DNA of 28,975 nt from Fidelibacterota bacterium. Lineage in GTDB: Bacteria; Fidelibacterota; UBA2242. The notes beneath the pieces were generated by a model. That model was not told the origin of the DNA and searched no databases. It saw nothing but the letters and a program-made list of their open reading frames with translations. Where the stretch lies: positions 1-28,975 of the forward strand of contig QNCV01000001.1 in the NCBI GenBank assembly GCA_003645845.1, in the 5' to 3' direction. Each line of letters begins with the position of its first letter. The first letter of the stretch is position 1. The position numbers and the translations under genes are program-made. Below are positions 1 to 9,237 of this stretch, piece after piece.

Positions 1-960
1 CTGGATATCCTGTTGCCACCCCGCAAATCGGTCCGTGATTCGGAAACCTCCTTGGCAACAAAGGATGAACAGCTGTCTAATACCCGTGAAAAATTCCGGG
101 AAATGTTAAATAACGGTTCCATGGAAGACCGGGTTATTGAAATTACGGTTCAAAAGGGTGGGACGCCAATGATGCAAGTCTTTGGGCCTGCAGGTATGGA
201 AGAGATGGGCCTGAACCTGACCGAGATGCTGGGCAACGCATTTCCCAAGAAGAGGAAAATTCAAAAAGTCACCGTGGCCGAAGCACGGAAAATTTTTACC
301 CGGGAAGAGGCCGAGAAACTGGTGGATAACGACCGGGTGATCCAGGAGGCGATCCGACGGGTTGAGGAATCGGGGATTGTTTTTCTGGATGAGATTGATA
401 AAATAGCCTCGTCCCACGGTGATACCGGTCGTGGTCCCGATGTTTCCCGGGAGGGGGTTCAGCGGGATATTTTGCCAATTGTGGAGGGCTCCAATGTCCA
501 GACCAAATTCGGCGTGGTGAAAACGGATCATATTTTGTTTATTGCCGCCGGTGCGTTTCACATGACCAAACCGTCCGACCTGATTCCGGAACTACAGGGC
601 CGCTTCCCGATTCGGGTGGAGATGGACAGCCTGGGACGGGATGAATTCATTCAAATTTTGCAAAATCCACGGAATGCTTTGCTGAAACAGTATCAGGCGC
701 TGCTGGAAACGGAAAATGTCGAACTGATTGTGGAAGATGATGCCATTGAAAAGATTGCCGAACTGGCCGCCGAGGTCAATGATAAAATGGAAAACATCGG
801 CGCACGCCGTCTGCACACGATCATGACGACTTTGCTGGAGGATATGTTGTTTCAAATTCCCGATAAAAAGATTACAAAGGTTGTCATTACACGGAAAGAT
901 GTTGAAAAACGCCTCACGGAACTGATTAAAGATCGTGATTTGAGTCGTTATATATTGTAA
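1..960 (+). CDS. hslU: ATP-dependent protease ATPase subunit HslU (ClpY), 5'-truncated by window edge
   Basis: Frame is open from base 1. Motifs: IVFLDEIDKIA (Walker B), DVSREGVQRDILPIVEG, IPELQGRFPIRVE, GARRLHT, and the diagnostic C-terminus DLSRYIL. Confidence 0.97.
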   Translation: MDILLPPRKSVRDSETSLATKDEQLSNTREKFREMLNNGSMEDRVIEITVQKGGTPMMQVFGPAGMEEMGLNLTEMLGNAFPKKRKIQKVTVAEARKIFTREEAEKLVDNDRVIQEAIRRVEESGIVFLDEIDKIASSHGDTGRGPDVSREGVQRDILPIVEGSNVQTKFGVVKTDHILFIAAGAFHMTKPSDLIPELQGRFPIRVEMDSLGRDEFIQILQNPRNALLKQYQALLETENVELIVEDDAIEKIAELAAEVNDKMENIGARRLHTIMTTLLEDMLFQIPDKKITKVVITRKDVEKRLTELIKDRDLSRYIL

Positions 961-972
961 AAGGAGGAATAC

Positions 973-1887
973 GTGAAACGAGATTTTGTCCATATTACCG
1001 ATTTTTCGGCTGATGAAATCCGGGAAGTGTTCGAATTAACTGCGAAGATGAAAACCTTAGTCAAAGAGGGCAAAGAATATACTCCCCTTAAAGGGAAAAA
1101 TCTGGCAATGATTTTTGCCAAACCATCGGCACGGACCCGGGTTTCCTTTGAAACCGGTATGTCCCAACTGGGCGGGCATGCTATTTACCTCAGTCCCAAT
1201 GATATCGGTATCGGGAAACGTGAAGCGGTCAAAGATATCGCCCGGGTGATTTCCCGCTATGATGATATTATCATGGCCCGCCTTTTCGATCATGCGCACA
1301 TGCTGGAATTGGCTGAGTATTCCACGGTTCCGGTGATTAACGGACTTACCGATCTGAATCATCCCTGCCAGATCATGGCGGATATTTTTACGGTCCTGGA
1401 ACACCGTAAACATTTGAATGATTTGAAAATTGCCTTTATCGGCGACGGCAACAATGTGGCCAATTCCTGGATTAATCTGGCGGCGCGGCTGCCGATGCAT
1501 TTCGTGCTGGCGTCTCCAAGCGGTTATGATCCCGATGAAGATATACTTAAAAATGCCCGGAATGTTGGTATCAGCCGGATCGATATCCTTCGTGATCCTG
1601 TTGAGGCTGTTCAGGACGCCGATGTCATCTATACCGACGTCTGGGCCAGCATGGGGCAGGAAGCCGAAGCCGCTCAGCGCCGGAAGGACTTTATGCCCTA
1701 TCAGGTAAACAGAGAATTGATGAGCCATGCCAAAGAGGATGTGCTGGTCATGCACTGTCTGCCGGCCCACCGGGGCGATGAGATCACCGATGATGTGATT
1801 GACGGGCCCAATTCGATTGTCTTTGATGAGGCCGAGAATCGCATGCATGTTCAGAAGGCAATAATGGTCAAATTGCTGCAAGCTTAA
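973..1887 (+). CDS. argF: Ornithine carbamoyltransferase
   Basis: Motifs PSARTRVSFE, HPCQIMAD, DVIYTDVWASMGQE, MHCLPAHRG, FDEAENRMH. AAGGAGG ribosome-binding site just upstream of the GTG start. Confidence 0.96.
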   Translation: MKRDFVHITDFSADEIREVFELTAKMKTLVKEGKEYTPLKGKNLAMIFAKPSARTRVSFETGMSQLGGHAIYLSPNDIGIGKREAVKDIARVISRYDDIIMARLFDHAHMLELAEYSTVPVINGLTDLNHPCQIMADIFTVLEHRKHLNDLKIAFIGDGNNVANSWINLAARLPMHFVLASPSGYDPDEDILKNARNVGISRIDILRDPVEAVQDADVIYTDVWASMGQEAEAAQRRKDFMPYQVNRELMSHAKEDVLVMHCLPAHRGDEITDDVIDGPNSIVFDEAENRMHVQKAIMVKLLQA

Positions 1888-1964
1888 TCCCTTTTCAAAA
1901 AAATATTGGTGTCTTTACTTTTTTCGATTATATTATCCGAATAGGAAATATAGGTTCAACACCA

Positions 1965-4124
1965 ATGAAAACAGAGACTTTTCCAGGTATTAATAAGGGA
2001 ACCGGAATGAGTTCCGGGAAGTTATTTGAAAATCTCCCCGGAATGGTTTACCTGTGCAAGAATGATCCCGATTGGACCATGTTGATGATCAGTCAGAATT
2101 GTTCCGATGTGACCGGCTATTCGTCGGAAGATCTGATCGGAAATCGGCGCATCAGTTACGCACAGCTGATTCTTCAGGATGACCGGGATATGGTTTATGC
2201 TGAAATTCAGAAAGCCCTTCAGGATAAAACCTCATATATCATCGAATACCGAATTAAAACGGCAGCAGGAAAGATCAAATGGGTCTGGGAGCAGGGGATC
2301 GGGGTATATTCCCGCCGGGGAGAGTTGAAATATCTGGAAGGCTATATTACCGAGCTGTCGGAAGCCCAGATCATGGGAAAAGAAGAAAAGTACCGTCTCC
2401 TGGTTGAAAATATTCAGGATGGGATAGTTATCAGCCAGTTTGATAAATTTATATTTATTAATGAACGGTTTGCCCGGATGCTGGGATATACGGTTAAAGA
2501 ATTGCTCATGCGGGACTATAGAGATGTCTATACCGAAAAAGGACTGCAAATTCTGAGCGAACGACACGGTCGACGGCAGCGGGGCGAAGTCGTGCCCTCG
2601 AAGTATGAGACGGTCTTTAAGCGTAAAGACGGTTCTGAAATCGACGTCGAGGCCAATGTAACAATCATTGATTATAAAGGCAACCCCGCTACATTTGCGG
2701 TTATCCGCGATATCCGGGAACGAAAGAGAGCCGAACAGGAAATTCGGAAGCAGCGGCAGTATTTTGAAGCAGTCTTTGACAGTAGTCCTGCAGCAATTGT
2801 ATCACTCGATATGGACGAAAGGATCGTCAGAGCCAACGCTCAGTTTGAAAAGTTGTTTGGTTATACTCTGGATGAAATCAGAGGACACAACATCGATGAT
2901 CTGATTGCGCCCAAAGAGTTACAGCAGGAAGCGCGACAGATTACCCGGAAGATACGGCAGGGCGGCATGGCGGGCACCGAGTCAAAGCGGTTGCGAAAAG
3001 ACGGTACCCCGGTGGATGTCTCCATCAGCGGCGCTCCTATCAAAGTCGACGGGAAACAGATCGGTATTATCGCAATATATGTCGATATTTCCGAAATTAA
3101 AAAAGCCCATGAAGAGATTAACCGGCAGAAACAGTATTTTGAAGCCCTGGTCAACAGTGCCTCAGACGCTATTGTTTCGCTTGATCTCAATAACAAGGTG
3201 GTCAGTGTCAACCGCTGTTTTGAGAAGATGTTTGGCTATTCGCTCGAAGAGATCAAAGGTAAAAATATTGACCATTACATTATACCGGATGAAGATATAG
3301 ATAGCGCCATTAATATTACGGCGTCGGTGCAGAAGGGCAGCGAAACTCATTTTGAGCGTAAGCGCAAACGCAAAGATGGCAGCCCGATAGATGTGGAGAT
3401 CAGCGGTGCACCGATAGTCGTGAACGGAGAACATATCGGAGCTTTGGCGATTTACAGAGATATTACCGAACGGAAACGATTTGAAAACGCTTTGACGGTT
3501 GAACGCAATCTGATGCGGACCCTGATCGATAACCTACCCGATTCAATTTATGTTAAGGATACTGAGAGTCGGAAAACTCTTTCTAACCGGGCGAATTACA
3601 GTGATATGGGCGCCAAATCGGAGTCGGAGGTGCTTGGCAAAACCGATTTCGATTTTTATCCGCCGGACCTGGCGGCGTCCTTCGTTGCGGATGACAAGAA
3701 AGTCATTCAGACCGGTCAACCGGTAATTAACCGGGAGGAAGAAACCACCCGCTCCGACGGCAGCATCGGCTGGCAACTGACTTCGAAAATTCCGCTGCGA
3801 GACAGCAACGGAAACATAACCGGGCTTGTTGGAATCGGGCATGATATTACCGAGCGAAAGAAAGCAGAAGAAGAGCGGGAGAAAATCATTTCCGAACTGC
3901 GGGAGGCTCTGGCGAAGGTGAATACCCTGAGCGGCCTGATTCCGATTTGTGCCAATTGCAAGAAAATCAGGGACGATAAAGGATACTGGAGTGATGTAGA
4001 ACTCTACATATCCAAACATTCCACAGCAGAGTTCAGCCACGGACTCTGTAACGATTGCATGAAAAAATTATATCCCGAGCAGTACAAACGTATGGTGAAG
4101 CAGGGCAAGATTAAAGATCACTGA
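1965..4124 (+). CDS. Multi-PAS sensor protein (five PAS/PAC repeats) with a C-terminal CxxC...HGxCxxC domain and no kinase or cyclase output
   Basis: Repeated PAS signatures (GYxxxE, RKDG, DITERK S-boxes). Ends in ICANCKKIRDDKGYW...FSHGLCNDC. Confidence 0.9.
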   Translation: MKTETFPGINKGTGMSSGKLFENLPGMVYLCKNDPDWTMLMISQNCSDVTGYSSEDLIGNRRISYAQLILQDDRDMVYAEIQKALQDKTSYIIEYRIKTAAGKIKWVWEQGIGVYSRRGELKYLEGYITELSEAQIMGKEEKYRLLVENIQDGIVISQFDKFIFINERFARMLGYTVKELLMRDYRDVYTEKGLQILSERHGRRQRGEVVPSKYETVFKRKDGSEIDVEANVTIIDYKGNPATFAVIRDIRERKRAEQEIRKQRQYFEAVFDSSPAAIVSLDMDERIVRANAQFEKLFGYTLDEIRGHNIDDLIAPKELQQEARQITRKIRQGGMAGTESKRLRKDGTPVDVSISGAPIKVDGKQIGIIAIYVDISEIKKAHEEINRQKQYFEALVNSASDAIVSLDLNNKVVSVNRCFEKMFGYSLEEIKGKNIDHYIIPDEDIDSAINITASVQKGSETHFERKRKRKDGSPIDVEISGAPIVVNGEHIGALAIYRDITERKRFENALTVERNLMRTLIDNLPDSIYVKDTESRKTLSNRANYSDMGAKSESEVLGKTDFDFYPPDLAASFVADDKKVIQTGQPVINREEETTRSDGSIGWQLTSKIPLRDSNGNITGLVGIGHDITERKKAEEEREKIISELREALAKVNTLSGLIPICANCKKIRDDKGYWSDVELYISKHSTAEFSHGLCNDCMKKLYPEQYKRMVKQGKIKDH

Positions 4125-4666
4125 TCCTTCATCTCCTTTATATCCTCACCTGAACTTGACATTCGTTTCCGCTTGACGGATTCGATGACGGAGCGGATAA
4201 TAATGACCGGCAGGGCGATATAGAGAATGGCATTAATATACTGATCGCATAGATTACTGGGCCAGGGGAAGGGTTTAAAGATGAAAAAGTCGGTGGCATA
4301 TCCGATAAAAAGGATTTCCAGTATATTGCCGGTGGCGCCGATTGTCAGACTAAGGATTGCCGCATAGATAAAGCGATTGGCTCGGTCCAGATCTTCTTTG
4401 ATTAGTGAATGGATTAAAGAAACAAGCAGAATGGTAACAAATACCAGACCGGCCAACGCCCAGAGAAAATGGTTGTTAATATTGCCGAAAATAAAATGAT
4501 AACCGGTATTGTGGGTCCGGTAAAGATTCAGAAAGGGAAAGACCGTTTCCCGGACCTTTTCAAAGGGCAGATGGCGGTTGACTGTGGATTTGCTGAGAAT
4601 ATCTACTAAAAGCAAGAAAACTCCGATGATCACGGAAGTCAGAACTGTTTTGAATTTGGGCTTCAT
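4118..4666 (-). CDS. lspA: Signal peptidase II (LspA) family protein, divergent
   Basis: Four hydrophobic segments. Motifs VDILSK, NTG, IGATGN, ATDFF (catalytic Asp) and PWPSNLCD (second Asp). Confidence 0.8.
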   Translation of the reverse strand: MKPKFKTVLTSVIIGVFLLLVDILSKSTVNRHLPFEKVRETVFPFLNLYRTHNTGYHFIFGNINNHFLWALAGLVFVTILLVSLIHSLIKEDLDRANRFIYAAILSLTIGATGNILEILFIGYATDFFIFKPFPWPSNLCDQYINAILYIALPVIIIRSVIESVKRKRMSSSGEDIKEMKDQ

Positions 4667-4686
4667 GGTTTATCCTGGGTATAAGG

Positions 4687-5679
4687 TTAGCGATGGGAAC
4701 GGCGGTACTGGCTTAGAAAGCGGACCGGGTTTTCGTGGCTGCCCCGGATTTTCCGGAACATTTCGGTATAGATTTGATTGATTTCGGGAGATTTCTTTTC
4801 AGCTTCGGGATTCAGGATTAATCCGCGGAGAATACGGGCCCAGCCGGCGTTGAGTTCACCGCATTGAGCCTGGGCGGCGCCGAGAATAATATTACCGTTT
4901 TGGTTATCCGGATTACCGTATTTAGAGGCCTGAGAGATCAGGTTCAGAGCATAGGAATAGCGCTGTTGGCGGTAAGCGTTCCAGGCCAGGGCGGTGTAAA
5001 GGGTGTAATACGTCTGATTGCGGGCCGAATCCGAGATTGCCAAATATCGATTTTGGCGGATTCCGTGGATCAGGAAGCGGTTGGAAAGAGGTATCAGGCG
5101 TTGATCATGAAGGGACAGTATCTGATCCGAAAACTGTTTTAAGGTATCCACTTGATGATAGTCCGGTCGGATAATGACGTCCGCGTAATTTTCCAGGCTC
5201 CGATTGCGCAGACTGTCGGATTGAAAGCATGTGCTTAGATATGGAAAAACCACCAGGGCAATTCCCAGCGGATCGGGGTAAATTTCCTGATATATTTTTT
5301 TTTGATGATTCAATTGACGAATCCCGGCCGAATCGGTTGCCAGTATGTTGATCAGGAGGCTGTCCAGATAATTGCGGATTTCGGGGGAATGAACCATCAG
5401 GCGCTGTTTGAGAGTGAAAAAACACTTTTCATCGCTCTGCCCGTACTTGTTCCAGAGGGCCAGGGCGGACTCTATAGCTGGTTGCAGGCTGTCGCTTTCG
5501 GGATATTGCCGAAGGAAATCCAGTGTGGCCTGTAGCCGGCTTGAATCGGAATCGATGGTGGACAGGGCCTGAAATTGTTCGTGCTCGTGCCGGTGAGAAC
5601 AGGTCGTCAGACCGGTTACGATCACCAGGATCAGAAGAAAGGAAATTTGTTTTAAAACAGGCGGGTATTGACTATTCAC
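4687..5679 (-). CDS. Hypothetical exported helical/TPR-like protein, possible lipoprotein
   Basis: The ORF track starts at 5883, but that overlaps the upstream gene. An in-frame GTG at 5679 gives MNSQYPPVLKQISFLLILVIVTGLTTC (signal, atypical lipobox). The C-terminus has TPR-like helices. Confidence 0.6.
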   Translation of the reverse strand: MNSQYPPVLKQISFLLILVIVTGLTTCSHRHEHEQFQALSTIDSDSSRLQATLDFLRQYPESDSLQPAIESALALWNKYGQSDEKCFFTLKQRLMVHSPEIRNYLDSLLINILATDSAGIRQLNHQKKIYQEIYPDPLGIALVVFPYLSTCFQSDSLRNRSLENYADVIIRPDYHQVDTLKQFSDQILSLHDQRLIPLSNRFLIHGIRQNRYLAISDSARNQTYYTLYTALAWNAYRQQRYSYALNLISQASKYGNPDNQNGNIILGAAQAQCGELNAGWARILRGLILNPEAEKKSPEINQIYTEMFRKIRGSHENPVRFLSQYRRSHR

Positions 5680-5692
5680 AAATATCGATCGG

Positions 5693-6274
5693 TTATTTTT
5701 TCTTGATAATCCTGCGCCAGCCGAAGCCCGGAGAGCGTATCGGCATAAAGCCGGCGTCCACTGCCCGGACATCCTGCAGAGAAATGAAAATGTTAGGATC
5801 GATCTCCCGGGCGAGAGCGATTGCCTCTTTGACTTTACTGCGGGGTACCACGCATAAGATGATATTGACTGCACCTTTGGCACCGTTGGCTTTGATTACG
5901 GTAGCGCCGTACCCGGCATCCCGCAGCGCCATGGGTAAAATATCAATGGTATTCCGGGTGATGATGCGGATAATTTGCTGGCCCAGAGCGATTTTTTCTT
6001 CGATGGTGATGCCGATGTAATTACCGCAGGCAAAACCCAGACCGTAGGCCAGGAAACAGGCGACATTGGACAGATGTTGAAACACCTGTGAAATGGCCAA
6101 CAGCCAGATTGAAATCTCAATAAATCCGAGAAGGGCGGCAATCCCGCGTCTTCCTCTGGATATTAAGATAATCCGGAATGTGCCGATGGATACATCGGTA
6201 ACGCGAGCCAGGAAAATTAAAAGCGGGATTGCTATCCAGCTAAGGATCCAGGGATTATCGGTTAAAAACGGCAT
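5693..6274 (-). CDS. UPF0316 / DUF2179-DUF5698 family membrane protein
   Basis: IFLARVTDVSIGTFRIILISRG, LGFIEISIWLLAI and AYGLGFACGNYIGITIEEKIALG, followed by a soluble ACT-like C-terminal domain. Confidence 0.88.
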   Translation of the reverse strand: MPFLTDNPWILSWIAIPLLIFLARVTDVSIGTFRIILISRGRRGIAALLGFIEISIWLLAISQVFQHLSNVACFLAYGLGFACGNYIGITIEEKIALGQQIIRIITRNTIDILPMALRDAGYGATVIKANGAKGAVNIILCVVPRSKVKEAIALAREIDPNIFISLQDVRAVDAGFMPIRSPGFGWRRIIKKK

Positions 6275-6292
6275 CCGGGTATGATCCTGATT

Positions 6293-7267
6293 CTATTCAA
6301 AGAGTTCGATGTTACCGCCGGTGTGCAAAAAGACCACATTTTCATCGGGAGCAATTTTCCCCGATCGACAATAATCGATCAGACCGCTGGCTGCTTTTCC
6401 GGAGTAGACATGGTCCAGCAGAATCCCTTCATTCCTGGCAAATAGTTCAATGGCTTCTTCGGCGGCGTCGGTACGCTTTCCGTATCCTTTGCCAATATAG
6501 CGGTCATCTACGGTTACCAGGTCTCTGGAAATCTGAACATTGAGAAAGTTTCCGACGGACAGGGACAGATCATAGACATTTTTTTCCAGTTCTGGCTGCG
6601 GGACATCGACGCTGATACCAATTATTTTCCCGGACCAGCCGCTAATGGCCTGTCCGGCCACAAGTCCCGCCTGAGTTCCTGCTGATGACGAGGCGTGAAA
6701 TACTTTATCAACTCTGAGATTCAGGCGTTCGAAATCGTCCATCAGTTCTCCCCAGCCGGCTATATAGCCCAGAGCTCCGATGGTTGTGGAACCGCCGGGT
6801 GGCAGGAAATAGACCTTTTTACCATTATATTCGAGATTCTTACGGACCTCCAGGGCTTTTTCCATGCGTTCTTCCGGATCTGTGGTTTCGATATGATGAA
6901 CAGTGGCGCCGAAAAGGTGGTCCAGCAGCAGATTACCGGTGGGATTCTCAGGCTCTGAACCGTTCAGAATCAGGTGAACCGACAGACCGAATTTGGCGCC
7001 GACGGCGCTTAGAATCCGGCAGAAGTTGGATTGATTGGCGCCGATGCCGATAATCGTATCACAACCCTGAGCGATGGCATGCGGGACAAGGAAATCAAAT
7101 TTACGGGTTTTGTTTCCGCCAAAGGCAAAACCGGTCAGATCGTCCCGTTTGATATAAATATTCCGTTCCAGTAGTTCCGAGAGGGTTTCCAGTTTGTAAA
7201 ATGGGGTCGGCAGAACCGAAATGCTTTCACGGTCAAGGTGGGCCAGAACTTCATCTATTGCTTGCAT
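6293..7267 (-). CDS. D-cysteine desulfhydrase / ACC deaminase family PLP enzyme
   Basis: IYIKRDDLTG...GGNKTRK (PLP Lys), QSNFCR, LLDHVYSGKA, FLHTGG. GAGGAG ribosome-binding site on the minus strand. Confidence 0.92.
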   Translation of the reverse strand: MQAIDEVLAHLDRESISVLPTPFYKLETLSELLERNIYIKRDDLTGFAFGGNKTRKFDFLVPHAIAQGCDTIIGIGANQSNFCRILSAVGAKFGLSVHLILNGSEPENPTGNLLLDHLFGATVHHIETTDPEERMEKALEVRKNLEYNGKKVYFLPPGGSTTIGALGYIAGWGELMDDFERLNLRVDKVFHASSSAGTQAGLVAGQAISGWSGKIIGISVDVPQPELEKNVYDLSLSVGNFLNVQISRDLVTVDDRYIGKGYGKRTDAAEEAIELFARNEGILLDHVYSGKAASGLIDYCRSGKIAPDENVVFLHTGGNIELFE

Positions 7268-7294
7268 ATTAGCTCCTCAAATTAACCCTTGAAA

Positions 7295-7822
7295 TTACGA
7301 TGTTGTAACCTTTTTTAAAAGCATATCCGAATAGGATACCTTAATCAAATGCTCTTTTTTGATTTGCAGGCGATCCATCAGGCGTTGGCACTGACTCCGG
7401 AGCTCACGGTCACTGTGCCGTGGATTAGATGCGATCGCTTCTATTTCGATGAAAGTGCCGAGATTTTTTACGGTGTCGAGATGAATTTTGACATTATCCA
7501 GAAAATATATTTCCCGCTGTTTTTCGACAATGACCAGAGTATCCAGCGCGGCTGACAGAAGCCTTTCCAGCGTTTCCGGATCGGCACAGGGGTAGAGTAT
7601 AACTTCGGATAATTTGGGACCTGCCTGATTCCGGCGGTGGTAGTGGATCAGTTTTTTTTCAATCTGTCCCCGCCGTAACTTCAGACGTCCCCGGGAAACC
7701 TTGAAGTAGTGATCAATCTGATAATCGGTTCCGACAAATCGGGGTTGCAGTGCCCGGAGGATTCTTCGAGCTCCGTCAAGATCGGGACAGCGGGCTTTTA
7801 TTTCTCTGATTTTTACCGACAT
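7295..7822 (-). CDS. CYTH-domain protein, class IV adenylate cyclase (CyaB)-like
   Basis: N-terminal REIKAR, QIDHYF, RLKLRR, KQREIY, IHLDTVKNLGTFIEIE. The CYTH fold is supported; cyclase activity is not proven. Confidence 0.85.
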   Translation of the reverse strand: MSVKIREIKARCPDLDGARRILRALQPRFVGTDYQIDHYFKVSRGRLKLRRGQIEKKLIHYHRRNQAGPKLSEVILYPCADPETLERLLSAALDTLVIVEKQREIYFLDNVKIHLDTVKNLGTFIEIEAIASNPRHSDRELRSQCQRLMDRLQIKKEHLIKVSYSDMLLKKVTTS

Positions 7823-7953
7823 CGTGATGATAATCTAATAAAAATTATGATACTGCCCACTAACTTTTCCGAGCCTGAAGGGTTTCTCCGGAGTCCGGAA
7901 CGTTCTGTTAAATTATCTTGAATTATCAACTGAAAATAGGCATATTGTAACCT

Positions 7954-9237
7954 ATGAAGAAAGGTCGTTATAGTGCTCTGATATTAATTTTAGTGAGCAG
8001 TCTGGTTCTAAGGGCTGATCTGCCGGAGGGATTACGGTATAAGCGGCTCAAATCGGCGATCCCCACGTCCTATCGTTTTGATTTTAAACGGGCCCTTTCT
8101 TTTTTAAAGAAAGACCAGAACTACCAGGCGAAAATAATACTGGAACGCCTTGTGAAAACACACCCTGATTTTTACGTTTACTGGGCCTATGGTTATACGG
8201 AGCGGATGATGAATAATACAGCCAGTGCCCGCGCTCTGTATTTTAAAGCCTTTGAGATGAATGATTCTCTGCTGACTTTTTTGCGGGATTATGCTGATTT
8301 TGTTGAGGCAACCAGTGCGGAATGGCTTGTTGTCAGGCGGCTAACCCGGGCGCTTTACACCGCCCAGCCCGATGATTACCCTCTGATGTTTATGCTGGAT
8401 AAAGCCGTAGAAACCGGTCAGCAAAGTGCGGCGCTTGATTTTCTTCGGGAACTGGCCGAAACGCACCCCGGCGACACCAGAATCGGGGTCTTTCAGGCTG
8501 TGGTCCTCAGCTACCTGGGGCGTGGGACTGAGGCGGTACAGTCGGCCCTTGAGGTGGTTGAGGATACGGAAAGCCTGTTTCAATTGCAAATGCTGGAACG
8601 AATTCTGGCGAACAACGGCTATTTTGTGGAAGCCGCCGGGGCCTGTGAAAAAATGACCGGCATCGCAAAAAAATCTGCCGTTACGTATAGCGCCTGGGGG
8701 CATCTTGAATTCATGCAGGGTCATTATGAGAATGCGGTCACCTATTATCGGAAATCCTTGAATGCGGATTATCGTCCGAGCACTCTGATTAAACTGGCCC
8801 GGATTACTCTTTTATACCTGAATGATCCGAAGCAGGCGGTTTATTATGGAAAATCGGCCCTGCAGATTGATCGTCGGGAATCCGATGCCTGTTTTATCCT
8901 GGCGGAATCCTACCGCCGGCTGGCCAGGATGGACAAAGCTCTGGACTATTCAAGCCGCCTGCTCAAGCTCATGCCGGATCATCCTCATCCCTACTATTAT
9001 CACGGGAAACTGCTGTTTGAATTAAAACGCTATACCGAGGCGGTGACTTACCTGGAACAGGCTGTTGCACTAAGTCCGGAAGTGCAGCGTTACCGGCTAA
9101 TTCTGGCAAAAGCCTATGCAGGAGCCGGTCAAAAGGACAGAGCCAAAGCTATTTACACGAATTTTATTAACGAACCTATCGGCAATTTATGGTCCGAAGA
9201 AGAATTACTCAAAGAAGAACCTCCAGAGCCGCGTTAA
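7954..9237 (+). CDS. Exported tetratricopeptide-repeat protein
   Basis: Signal peptide (MKKGRYSALILILVSSLVLRA). Many TPR units, e.g. AWGHLEFMQGHYENAVTYYRKSL and YYHGKLLFELKRYTEAVTYLEQAVALSP. Confidence 0.85.
   Translation: MKKGRYSALILILVSSLVLRADLPEGLRYKRLKSAIPTSYRFDFKRALSFLKKDQNYQAKIILERLVKTHPDFYVYWAYGYTERMMNNTASARALYFKAFEMNDSLLTFLRDYADFVEATSAEWLVVRRLTRALYTAQPDDYPLMFMLDKAVETGQQSAALDFLRELAETHPGDTRIGVFQAVVLSYLGRGTEAVQSALEVVEDTESLFQLQMLERILANNGYFVEAAGACEKMTGIAKKSAVTYSAWGHLEFMQGHYENAVTYYRKSLNADYRPSTLIKLARITLLYLNDPKQAVYYGKSALQIDRRESDACFILAESYRRLARMDKALDYSSRLLKLMPDHPHPYYYHGKLLFELKRYTEAVTYLEQAVALSPEVQRYRLILAKAYAGAGQKDRAKAIYTNFINEPIGNLWSEEELLKEEPPEPR

Noticed and set aside
5680-5883. N-terminal extension of the 4687-5883 ORF
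   Set aside because: It overlaps the DUF2179 gene by about 190 nt on the same strand. The GTG at 5679 gives a clean signal peptide.
7911-7927. AATTATC direct repeat with 10-bp spacing (OmpR/PhoB-like box)
   Set aside because: Short, AT-rich, only two copies and no cognate regulator nearby. Indistinguishable from chance.
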